A stretch of DNA of 35,883 nucleotides from Octopus bimaculoides (GCF_001194135.2 NC_068987.1:56162867-56198749); one strand, 5' to 3'; shown: positions 13,335 through 24,242, counted from the first letter of the stretch. Numbers and translations are program-made. The notes: generated by a model not told the origin, from the sequence alone.

Positions 13335-13450
13335 ATGTATATATATATACGACAGGATTCTACACAATTTCCTTCTGTCAGATTCTCTCCCTTGCCCATT
13401 GTGCTGCACAGTGCGACTAAACCCGAAACTACATGGTTGCCAGGCGAACG
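13335..13450 (-). mobile_element. Degenerate family D SINE head fragment
   Basis: Reverse complement gcaaccatgtagtttcgggtttagtcgcactgtgcagcacaatgggcaag...gacagaaggaaattgtgtagaatcctgtc resembles the D head. Confidence 0.5.
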
Positions 13451-13874
13451 TCTGTGTCAAAGGGATCTAGCCTTGTCTTACGCTTCCTTATACACGCTCT
13501 GTCTGAGAATTCCGCGAAAGATACACGAACCTATGGAATTCTCATTCATGCGCGAATATTATGGGTGCGTGTGGTTATATGTATGTGAGTGTATATGAGA
13601 ATACGAGTGCATGGGGTGTAGAAAGGAAAAGAAAAAAAGAAGAGCTTGTGTTCGTTTCTAAAATATTAAGTTAGGTCCTGTTTTGTTTCGCTTTCTGTAT
13701 GTATTGTATGAGCTATTCAACTGTAGTATCCAACCATTTGAAACTTGGACTATAAAACGAGTCCCCCTCACAGTTTCACTCATGTACCTTTGGGTATACA
13801 GGAATACAGGAATACAGTTTTAATGGTAGTTATCTGTCGTGCAATTTTAATTTAAATCGTACTATATATGTGCA

Positions 13875-14284
13875 GAGGTGGCTCTGTGGTAAGAAGTTTG
13901 CTTCTCAACCACATGGCTCTTGATTCAGTCCCTCTGCGTGGAACCTTGGGCAAGTGTCTCCTATTATAGCCTCGGGCCGACCAAAGCCTTGTGAGTGGAT
14001 TTGGTAGACTGAAACTGAAAGAAGCCTGTCTTTTAATATATATCTATATTTATGGGTGTGTGTTTTTGTGCCTGTGTCCCCCCCCCACTCCCACCGCTCG
14101 GTGTAGGTGTGTTTACGTCCTCATAACTTAACAGTTCGGCAAAGAGACCAATAGAATAAATACCAAGCTTTTTAAAAATATAATTATTGGGTTCAATTCA
14201 TTCGACTAAGAATTCTTCAAGGCGGTGCCCCAGTATGGCCGTAGCCAAATGGTTGAAACAAGTTAAGAATAAAAGAAAAGATAA
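13875..14284 (+). mobile_element. SINE family D, near full length
   Basis: Same head, core and tail (ttcttcaaggcggtgccccagtatggccg...tgaaacaagttaagaataaaag) as the other D copies. Confidence 0.9.
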
Positions 14285-14590
14285 CAGATATAATTCCATA
14301 TATATCTTTTATGTTGGGTGTAGTGTTAACATATTTAATAAGGAATTTTGCTGTGCTTTCTTTTCTTTGTCCCTTTAGGTTAAAAGCTATGTTTGCTTGT
14401 TTGAGTTTTTGTACAGTTTGAACATCTAGTTAGGCTTTCACTGACCGAAACATAACCGTTCATCGACATAATTTTGATATAACATCGCATTTCTTTCTAA
14501 CGGAAAACTAACAATTTCTTATATGTTGTTAACAACTATTTTAATGATGTGATTTTTGTGTGTGTGTGTTTGTTTCTAATCTCGCTCTAG

Positions 14591-14762
14591 AATCTTCATG
14601 TTGTGATATCAGCGCAGAGTTACGAGACAAATGGTATTTTTCTGGCGGCAACAAAACCAATTTCTTGCGAATACGCCAACGTGTTATGGTCACCTACGAT
14701 TCAGCAAATGGTAAAGTCAGATACAAATGTGAAGAAAAGAAAAATAATGTTTTCCTAATCAG
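14591..14762 (+). CDS. Coding exon B (phase 1-2) of the same gene
   Basis: Acceptor ttctaatctcgctctag| and donor AG|gtaagt; 172 nt. Encodes (E)SSCCDISAELRDKWYFSGGNKTNFLRIRQRVMVTYDSANGKVRYKCEEKKNNVFLI(R), in frame with exon A. Confidence 0.85.
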
Positions 14763-16883
14763 GTAAGTTACCAATGATTTAAAATATTCATCTGTTTAGC
14801 TACTCGTTACTTAGATTTTACAGCTTTGAAAAATTGAGGTATTTGTGAATTAGCTGTTTTTGGTCATAGACACAGTTCTATTTAAGAAACACACGTTAAC
14901 TAAACGTTTAGCCTTTTGCTCAGTAGTCTGACATCTAAACGGCTATTGGAGATTAGTGCAGATCCGACTAGCTGCGGATCTCCAATAAATGTCATTAGTA
15001 CATAAACACAACTTCAAAATAATTGAACCCACCTTGATATGCAAATACATTATATTTCTATATTCTGTGAAGACGTTCTTTTTTGGTAATGCTTGACGCT
15101 TGTTTTCAAAATCAATAAACCTACGTAGTCAAATTTATGCTCTTTTGTTATAAATTTTGAGATTAAATCTACCGTCAAAGTTCTTATTTACATTTTTCTT
15201 TTAACTTTAATTCTTTGAATTGTCTAGCCAATTTACGTTTTAATCTCCCCAAATAATTTCCCATTTAAATATAAAATGTTGCCAACACCATGATACTAAT
15301 CTTTGAACAGATCACAAACACCGTCTTCTCGTCAAAGTTTGATTCAGTTATGTGTATTCTTTGAGGTATGCATATCGTTCTTAACAGTTCGTAGCTTACT
15401 GAAGTTGTTGATGCTGTTCATATTGGATTACTGCTTATTAGACCCAAGTTGGCCTTGATCGATCACAACTATGATCAAAGGTAGCTCATCTATGCAGACA
15501 TTTGAAAGGCATAGCATACCTTGGAAAAAATTATTTAAAGTGTTCCTTTTGAAGATAGCAAGATTCAATTTTAGGGAAATTTAGCCATCATTACTATCAT
15601 GTAGTCGAGTGAATATTTAGAGACTCCCTTGTTGGTTCAAATGCATTATGTTATAGCTATAGGAAAGATACATTTGTGCAGTCAGCCAAATACAATGATA
15701 AACACTACTCTTTGAATATATATGTTTATATATGTAACTCCTATTTCATTTTAGTATTTGGAAAATAGAATTTATAATTCGCTCCCATCTGTTTGAATCG
15801 CAATTGTTTAGGCCTATAGGATGCAGTGCCGTCGGACTGCTAACTGAGTTTTTTGTTAGTTTGTATCATAACACTATAGTTGTAGTCTGATCATAGCCAA
15901 GACACTTAACACATTCGACGTCCAAACTAATCAAGTTTTAAATAGAGCTCCCTGTCTCTGAGAAATGGAAAAAGATTTTTTAGCAGTATTTTGTTAGCTT
16001 GTAAAGCTTAGCTCAAATTTTTGTATTATGAATGTAACTTGTGGAGCAGTGGATGTGCATCCCTTTTCCCATATAAACATGGGGCCTGAGAAAGGTTCAC
16101 ATATGTACTGTCTTATTGACGACAGGTATTTGAACTATGACTTTTAAAAAACCAGTGTCTTACACAAAGATGTAATGAAACTCTCAGCAGCAGACACAAA
16201 TTCACAGCATATACAATCTGTTTATCCAATAGTGAAGCAAATGCTAACTTAATGTAGGAAGAACGATGAATTTTATGAATCGAGATTAAATTTGTATCGA
16301 ATTAATAAAAAAAACATACAAAATCAAGTAAGGCAGCTCAAAACTAAAAGAAAAAAAGAAAAGAAAAGAAAATTCTTCTTGTTTATCCAATATTTTATCC
16401 ATTCGGTTATATTTCTCCTCTAGAGCGAGAAGCCCTAATTTCTTAACTGAAAATATTTTTTTTTTAAATTCCGAGCGGAACTTTGCAACTGTGCTACAGT
16501 TCTCTGTAGAATAGCTTTGTTCAAAACATAAGGTAACGTATAAACATTATGACTCCCCTGAGACAAACAGATCCGCGATAACTCATGTTGAAAGATCATA
16601 TCGGTTACCAACTTAAGAAACGTAACCTTTTCAAACAACTCAACTGACCACAGATAAACGGTAAGAGATAAAAACACTGGTTTGCCCGCTGGCTTCGTTA
16701 CAGATTATTTAATACTTCAGCATCTTTGCAAGTTTTATTTTCATATTAAGATGTGTCTTAACTCTAACGACTTATCTTGGGCATCTGCGTTAATAATCAC
16801 AAACAAAAATCGTTCTAAATTTTTCCCGACTATTCTTGTTTTTGAGTCTTTTTCCTTAGCTTTCTCTTCTGCTTGTATATATC

Positions 16884-17015
16884 TCTCTCTCTCTCTCTCT
16901 CTCTCTCAATCTCTCTCCCCTTTCTCTCTCTCTCTTTCTCTCCTCTCCTTCTCTCTCTCTCCCCTCTCTTTCTCTCCCCCTCTCTCTTTCTCTCTCTCAC
17001 TCTCTCTATTTCTCT

Positions 17016-17092
<77 letters not shown>
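16884..17092. repeat. Long (CT)n microsatellite
   Basis: Direct reading. Confidence 0.95.
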
Positions 17093-17099
<7 letters not shown>

Positions 17100-17277
17100 C
17101 TATTTCTCTCCATATGTCTTTGTATATGTAGTTATGTGGTGTATGAAAGATTGATTTATATAAAGTTTTGTATATTTGCATAAATAAATGTATTTATAGC
17201 TTTCTGTCTTTCTTTATGTATTTGTGTATGTTTTTATGCATTTATGCATGTATTTATGTCTTTCTTTATGTATATAC

Positions 17278-17279
<2 letters not shown>

Positions 17280-17325
<46 letters not shown>

Positions 17326-17344
17326 GTATATACGAATGCGTGTT

Positions 17345-17420
<76 letters not shown>
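17280..17420. repeat. (AT)n-(ATGT)n-(GT)n compound microsatellite
   Basis: Direct reading. Confidence 0.95.
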
Positions 17421-17422
<2 letters not shown>

Positions 17423-17429
17423 AAAGTGC

Positions 17430-17595
17430 AGGAATTGTTGTGCAGTTAAATATTTTGCTTAGCAACTAATTAGTTTTGGGTTCGACCTCAATTCGCGGAA
17501 CGTTGAGAAAGAGTCTTCTACCGTAGCTTCAACTTCACCAAGACCTTATGAGTTAAATATAAATATGGTAGATGACAACTGTGCAGAAACCCACT
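17430..17595 (+). mobile_element. Old, degenerate family D-like SINE head
   Basis: gggttcgacc (B box-like), gagtcttctaccgtagc, agaccttatgagt and tggtagatgacaactgtgcagaaaccc align loosely to the D consensus. Confidence 0.5.
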
Positions 17596-17929
17596 TGGAA
17601 ATCAGTACAAGTTCATGAGTAGTTGGCTTAATCCATTTCCTGATTTAACAGCAACATCTGGCCCTTGGGGTCATAAGTGATGAAATAACAAAATAGCTCT
17701 GTTTCTCCCGCAAGACTTGGAGGTCCTTAAAAGGAACACGAATGCTACTCTTCACCTCTGACAAAGCTATTAGCTCTGCATAGCCGTATGGTTCGAGTAA
17801 TTATTTGGCATAATTGCATTTCACAGCAGTTTGCTTCCTACTAACATCCATTATGTATTAGTAGCCCTTCTATTAATATTGTTAATATATGTGTGTGTAT
17901 GTGTTTATGTATGTATACACACAGATGGA

Positions 17930-17971
<42 letters not shown>

Positions 17972-18052
17972 NNNNNNNNNNGTGTGTGTGTGTGTGTATG
18001 TGTGTGTATGTATGTATGTATGTATATATATATATATATATAAATGAGTAAC

Positions 18053-18384
18053 AGAGGTGTATAAGTATCAATTCGTTACGGCCGTTTCGAGCGACATCAT
18101 TACAAAGAAAACCGTTCTCATCAGATGACCGCATAGACTTCAAGCATAAAGGACAAGTCAAATATTTAAACATATTCATAGCATCAATAGATAGCAAATA
18201 TTTACAATGATTCCGCTGCTAATTGATTTAGCAGAATCATTAAATATCTAACTTGTCCTTTATGCTTGAGGTGTATGCGGTCATCTAATGAGAACGGTCT
18301 CCTTTATAATGATGTAATGCTTTCATTGATCAATTAAAGGAGTCGCTCGAAACAGCCGTAAAGAATTGACACTTATACATCTTT
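18053..18384. mobile_element. Imperfect ~330-bp foldback (MITE-like) element
   Basis: Left arm gtgtataagtatcaattcgttacggccgtttcgagcgac...gttctcatcagatgaccgcata...agcataaaggacaagt is mirrored in reverse complement at 18241-18384. There is a central hairpin at 18206-18241. Confidence 0.8.
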
Positions 18385-19036
18385 CTTACTCATATTTTAC
18401 TCACCTACCCTANNNNNNNNNNNNNNNNNNNNNNNNNNNNNNNNNNNNNNNNNNNNNNNNNNNNNNNNNNNNNNNNNNNNNNNNNNNNNNNNNNNNNNNN
18501 NNNNNNNNNNNNNNNNNNNNNNNNNNNNNNNNNNNNNNNNNNNNNNNNNNNNNNNNNNNNNNNNNNNNNNNNNNNNNNNNNNNNNNNNNNNNNNNNNNNN
18601 NNNNNNNNNNNNNNNNNNNNNNNNNNNNNNNNNNNNNNNNNNNNNNNNNNNNNNNNNNNNNNNNNNNNNNNNNNNNNNNNNNNNNNNNNNNNNNNNNNNN
18701 NNNNNNNNNNNNNNNNNNNNNNNNNNNNNNNNNNNNNNNNNNNNNNNNNNNNNNNNNNNNNNNNNNNNNNNNNNNNNNNNNNNNNNNNNNNNNNNNNNNN
18801 NNNNNNNNNNNNNNNNNNNNNNNNNNNNNNNNNNNNNNNNNNNNNNNNNNNNNNNNNNNNNNNNNNNNNNNNNNNNNNNNNNNNNNNNNNNNNNNNNNNN
18901 NNNNNNNNNNNNNNNNNNNNNNNNNNNNNNNNNNNNNNNNNNNNNNNNNNNNNNNNNNNNNNNNNNNNNNNNNNNNNNNNNNNNNNNNNNNNNNNNNNNN
19001 NNNNNNNNNNNNNNNNNNNNNNNNNNNNNNNNNNNN

Positions 19037-19090
<54 letters not shown>

Positions 19091-19092
19091 AA

Positions 19093-19449
19093 GGTATGGC
19101 TGTGTGGTTCTAGGTTCAGTCCCACTTCGTGGCACCGTGTACAATTCTCTTCTACTATAGCTTCGTGTCAGCCAAAACCTTGTGAGTGAATTTAGCCCAT
19201 CGTATATTTATATATGTATCTGTGTGTGTCTTTGTATCTGTGTTTATCCTCTCCATCTCTTGACAACTGATGTCGGTGTGCTTATGTCCCCATTAACTAG
19301 CGGTTCGGCAAAAGAGATCGGTAGAATAAGTACCAAGCGAAAGATATAAGTAGTGGAGTCGATTCATCTGAGTAAAAATTCTTCAAGACGGTGTCCCAGC
19401 ATGACCGCAATCTAATGACTGAAACAAGTAAAAGATAAAAAAATAAACT
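19093..19449 (+). mobile_element. SINE family D copy with small deletions
   Basis: ggctgtgtgg...ggttcagtcccacttcgtggcacc...ccttgtgagtg...agcggttcggcaaaagagatcggtagaataagtacc...ttcttcaagacggtgtcccagcatg. Confidence 0.85.
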
Positions 19450-19572
19450 ATATATATATATATATCACGGTGGTGCACCAGCATTACCGCAGCCACTTGG
19501 CTGAAACACATAAATAAATATATATTTGAAGGTTTGGAGGTGATGTACAGAAATTATATAGAAAAAAATTAA

Positions 19573-19778
19573 GGTACTCAGAAATCAGGATGTTTGTACA
19601 TTTACAGATTTTTATTAATGTCACATATTAAATAAAGTGCTTTTCACCTGGTCGTGCAGGATTTTCAAATTGTTTTCAAACAATTTGAAAATCCTGCACG
19701 ACCAGGTGAAAAGCTATTTATTTAATGTGACATTAATAAAAATCTGTAAATGTACAAACATCCAGATTTCTGAGTACC
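19573..19778. mobile_element. 206-bp near-perfect palindromic non-autonomous DNA transposon flanked by TTAA (Kolobok-like termini)
   Basis: TTAA|GGTACTCAGAAATC...GATTTCTGAGTACC|TTAA. The arms pair along almost their entire length around a tiny loop at 19676-19677. Confidence 0.8.
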
Positions 19779-20603
19779 TTAATNNNNNNNNNNNNNNNNN
19801 NNNNNNNNNNNNNNNNNNNNNNNNNNNNNNNNNNNNNNNNNNNNNNNNNNNNNNNNNNNNNNNNNNNNNNNNNNNNNNNNNNNNNNNNNNNNNNNNNNNN
19901 NNNNNNNNNNNNNNNNNNNNNNNNNNNNNNNNNNNNNNNNNNNNNNNNNNNNNNNNNNNNNNNNNNNNNNNNNNNNNNNNNNNNNNNNNNNNNNNNNNNN
20001 NNNNNNNNNNNNNNNNNNNNNNNNNNNNNNNNNNNNNNNNNNNNNNNNNNNNNNNNNNNNNNNNNNNNNNNNNNNNNNNNNNNNNNNNNNNNNNNNNNNN
20101 NNNNNNNNNNNNNNNNNNNNNNNNNNNNNNNNNNNNNNNNNNNNNNNNNNNNNNNNNNNNNNNNNNNNNNNNNNNNNNNNNNNNNNNNNNNNNNNNNNNN
20201 NNNNNNNNNNNNNNNNNNNNNNNNNNNNNNNNNNNNNNNNNNNNNNNNNNNNNNNNNNNNNNNNNNNNNNNNNNNNNNNNNNNNNNNNNNNNNNNNNNNN
20301 NNNNNNNNNNNNNNNNNNNNNNNNNNNNNNNNNNNNNNNNNNNNNNNNNNNNNNNNNNNNNNNNNNNNNNNNNNNNNNNNNNNNNNNNNNNNNNNNNNNN
20401 NNNNNNNNNNNNNNNNNNNNNNNNNNNNNNNNNNNNNNNNNNNNNNNNNNNNNNNNNNNNNNNNNNNNNNNNNNNNNNNNNNNNNNNNNNNNNNNNNNNN
20501 NNNNNNNNNNNNNNNNNNNNNNNNNNNNNNNNNNNNNNNNNNNNNNNNNNNNNNNNNNNNNNNNNNNNNNNNNNNNNNNNNNNNNNNNNNNNNNNNNNNN
20601 NNN

Positions 20604-20766
20604 GTTCGGCAAAAGAGATCGGTAGAATAAGTACCAAGCGAAAGATATAAGTAGTGGAGTCGATTCATCTGAGTAAAAATTCTTCAAGACGGTGTCCCAG
20701 CATGACCGCAATCTAATGACTGAAACAAGTAAAAGATAAAAAAATAAACTATATATATATATATAT
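20604..20766 (+). repeat. SINE D tail identical to 19303-19465
   Basis: 163 nt exact match including the (TA) run; begins exactly at the end of an N gap. Confidence 0.9.
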
Positions 20767-20827
20767 GCATATGTACATATATACACATGCATATACATAT
20801 ATCCATACACACATACACACACATGTC

Positions 20828-21227
20828 TTTTACCTTTTACTTGCTTCAATCATTTGAGTGCGGCCATGCTGGGGCACTACCTTCGAGAAATTTTCGTCAA
20901 ATGTATCGACCCCAGGACCTATTTGTTTCTTAAGCCTGGTTCTTATTCTATCGGCTTCTTTTGCCGAACCACTAAGGTTACTGGGACATAAACACACCAG
21001 CACTAGTTGTCAAGCGGTGGTGGGGGACAAACACAGACACAAAGACACACAGATGTATATATACATATATACGAGGTGCGTCTTTCATTTTCCGTCAACC
21101 AAATCCACTCACAAGGCTTTGGTCGGCCCGAGGCTACAGTAGAACTTTCGAAAGGCACCACGCAGTGGGATTGAATCCAGAATCATGTGGTTGGGAAGCA
21201 AGCTTCTTATCACATTGCCACACCTGC
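20828..21227 (-). mobile_element. SINE family D, minus strand, full length
   Basis: Reverse complement of the D head, core and tail: aaatccactcacaaggctttggtcggcccgaggcta, ggcaccacgcagtggg. Confidence 0.9.
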
Positions 21228-21364
21228 GTATATATNNNNNNNNNNNNNNNNNNNNNNNNNNNNNNNNNNNNNNNNNNNNNNNNNNNNNNNNNNNNNNNNN
21301 NNNNNNNNNNNNNNNNNNNNNNNNNNNNNNNNNNNNNNNNNNNNNNNNNNNNNNNNNNNNNNNN

Positions 21365-21692
21365 ATGGGCCAGTGGTTAGGGCAGCGGACTCGCGGTCAT
21401 AGTTTCGATTCCCAGACCGGGCGTTGTGAGTGTTTATTGAGCGAAAACACCTAAAGCTCCACGAGGCTCCGGCAGGTGATGATGACGAACCCTGCTGTAC
21501 TCTTCCACCACAACTTTCTCTCACTCTTACTTCCTGTTCCTGTTGTGCCTGTAATTCAAAGGGTCAGCCTTGTCACACTGTGTCACGCTGAATATGCCCC
21601 AGAACTACGTTAAGTAGGCTGTTCCGTTGATCGGATCAACTGGAACCCTCGACGTCGTAAGCGACGGAGTGCCAACAACAACAACAACAACA
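21365..21692 (+). mobile_element. tRNA-derived SINE (family C) with (AAC)n tail
   Basis: agtggttagggcagcggactcgcggtc...tttcgattcccagacc head, a 3' module shared with family B, and the end cgtcgtaagcgacggagtgcc followed by (aac)n. Confidence 0.85.
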
Positions 21693-22589
21693 TGTATGTA
21701 TGTATGTATGTATGTGTGTATGTGTTATGTATTGTTTTGGTGCATACATTCACGAATAATATAATTATAATTAGAGGTGCGTTAATATATTTTCATTAAA
21801 TTTTTCGTCACACATTCTTTGACCTTTCTGAAACAACTATTTATTGCAACCGGTCTACGTCTTCTCTTTTGCTTCCTTGTTGGTTAATGCTGCCAAGAAT
21901 CATTGCGTGTTGTTATCGTCGTCATCGTCGTTGTTGTTCTTGCTGCATGAGTGTGTATGCAAGAAAGCTTGTGTCTCGTTTTTCTTTTGGGAACATATAA
22001 AAATAAGATAGATATTATAAATTGTTTTTATAAATCTTATAAATCTGATTTCTAGTTTGTTAAGTTCTTGTCAACAACGAATCTTGTATTTCATACAGGT
22101 AGAAATTTCACATCATATCATGTAGTTTTAATTCATTATTTATGATACCGTGTATTAAATCGACAAATGTGTAGAGTTTTTAGTACATAGCAGAACATTC
22201 AATAATAATACAAATGCCAACATAATCCGAATTTCAATAAATTTGCATTAAATTTTTCGTCACACATTCTGTCACCTCTTCTGATCAGAAATCTTTTGTA
22301 TTCTATAACACACTTACAGCTTCAACGCACGATAGCATCGTAAGAATAAAATAAAACTACGTGGAACGTAAAAAAAGAAAACGACTATTTTTAAAACTTT
22401 AACATTCAATATAAATTATCTTAACCACGAAATCCATCACAAATCCGATTATTCGGTTTAACGCTTCTCACGTGAAATGAACAATCTTTGCATTAACGTA
22501 GCTATTGAGGGTGATTTTAAATTGCATCCAGTAGTAGGGGGGGGGGCTCTGGTTTGGGAGTTCCAGGATTCTGAGAAATGTGGAACCAC

Positions 22590-23070
22590 CTCTTAACCAT
22601 TATTGTTCCTGTGATTCGAAGATGTAGCATTTGGTCGGGCTTCAGCTACGGGTAAATTAGCAAGTCAGTCGGGTAGATGAAGTTCGTTAGCCTGGGTAAC
22701 CTATTTAGAGGAAGGAAATCTCTGATTCCAAACCTCCGCTACCTTACTGTCATACCCAGTCTTAGAGATGGTTTCGAGAGTAAAACCTGAGGAAAAATCG
22801 GGAGACGGAGCCCCTGAGGCAGTTCGACGCTATCTAAAACCTCATCCCGGCAACTCCTACGATGACGCTGGTGCCACATTGTAACGGCCGGGCTGCTCCT
22901 TTAGATCCATCAATGACATGGAGAGAGGGGATACGTTGCGTGGACAACAACCTGTCCTCCATTCAATAATAGCGCAAGGATTGGATCTTATCGAACACCC
23001 TATACTGGAGAAATATTAGCCACAGCCATCGCTGTTCCAGGAGGGCAGGCAACTAGGACCTTCAACGACA
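22590..23070 (+). mobile_element. RTE-clade LINE 5' leader fragment (degenerate)
   Basis: gaaggaaatctctgattccaaacctccgctacctt...gagtaaaacctgaggaaaaatcgggagacggagcccctgaggcagt resembles the conserved 5' leader of RTE LINEs as I recall it. It is a GC-richer island with no long ORF. Confidence 0.55.
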
Positions 23071-23385
23071 GATGAATGACATGAGTTTTAGCGTAAAATT
23101 TACCAGCAGGACTTGAACTTAACTATTTCAGTTCAGACATAATCACTACCATTCATGAGACCATTATATTATTTCCTATTGATAATTTCCAGTTTCCTAT
23201 CGAACTGGCCACAACCAATATATCAATGAATCCATGAAGTATTAAGACAATATCAGTATAAGCTTATATATTTGTATTTTACTACATGTATGTGTTTATA
23301 TATATGCCTGTTTGTGTATGTATGTGCGTTTATGTGTCTGTGTGCGTGTGCATGCGTATGCGTGTGTGCGCACGTGTGTATGTAT

Positions 23386-23775
23386 GTCATTAGTGAGTTT
23401 CATTTCAAGATTTCTTACGAATAGAGAAAGAGCTGGTTTCTCACCTAGATCCAAGGTTCCTTAATTTCAACAACATCAACAGGGTATATTTTTATGTATG
23501 TATAAGTGCAGATTTGTATATTTTGTTTTATGTATGTATCCTCATGCACGTAGTTGTATGACTATACATGCTCATATATACTTAAATGATAAACTGCTGG
23601 AAAGTTTTATAGATTTTTACAGTTCCAGTGATGGCTTGGATCAGTTGTCTTCGAATCAGCTTTCTCCTTTCTGGTTTGAGAAGCCTAATTTTTCAAGATT
23701 GGTATTTAGGCAGTGTGTTATATATCCCAGTGCCCCAATAATTACAGGTATAAACCTCAATCTGGATAGAGTAGC
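23386..23775 (-). mobile_element. 5'-truncated R4/Dong-like (RLE) LINE: ORF C-terminus and 3' UTR
   Basis: Minus translation RFIPVIIGALGYITHCLNTNLEKLGFS(fs)KPERRKLIRRQLIQAITGTVKIYKTFQQFII*, typical of the RLE C-terminus. The 3' UTR matches 35698-35862. Confidence 0.8.
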
Positions 23776-23777
23776 TG

Positions 23778-23892
23778 CATGTATGTATGTATGTATGTAT
23801 GTATGTATGTATGTATGTATGTATGCATGTATGTATGTATGCATGTATGTATGTGTGTATGTATGTATGTATGTATGTATGTATGTATGTAT
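23778..23892. repeat. (TATG)n microsatellite
   Basis: Direct reading. Confidence 0.95.
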
Positions 23893-24178
23893 CTGCTGTG
23901 TAAACAGGCATCGTGAATTAATTTTCGTTTCTGTTTTTCTTGTATTTCTCTTATACCTTTTCCTTCTCTTTGAGAAAGGACACAACCAGAAGCGTTAGAT
24001 CCTCTTATTTGATGTATTTATTTTCATTGGACTCACTCTTGCTATGTTGTTGTTTAGTTTAATATTTCTTCGCACTTTTTCTGCCACGTGTTTTGCTTCT
24101 CTGGTTTCATATCTCATTTGTTAGTTTGCCTCCTCATTGTCTCATAATCTTAACTCGTTTGTGCGTTTTTATCCATTA

Positions 24179-24225
<47 letters not shown>

Positions 24226-24242
24226 TACGCATATATATAATA

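Noticed and set aside
14945-14987. Small hairpin tattggagat...atctccaata as a pre-miRNA
   Set aside because: The stem is only ~10 bp and too short and irregular for a miRNA precursor; likely chance.
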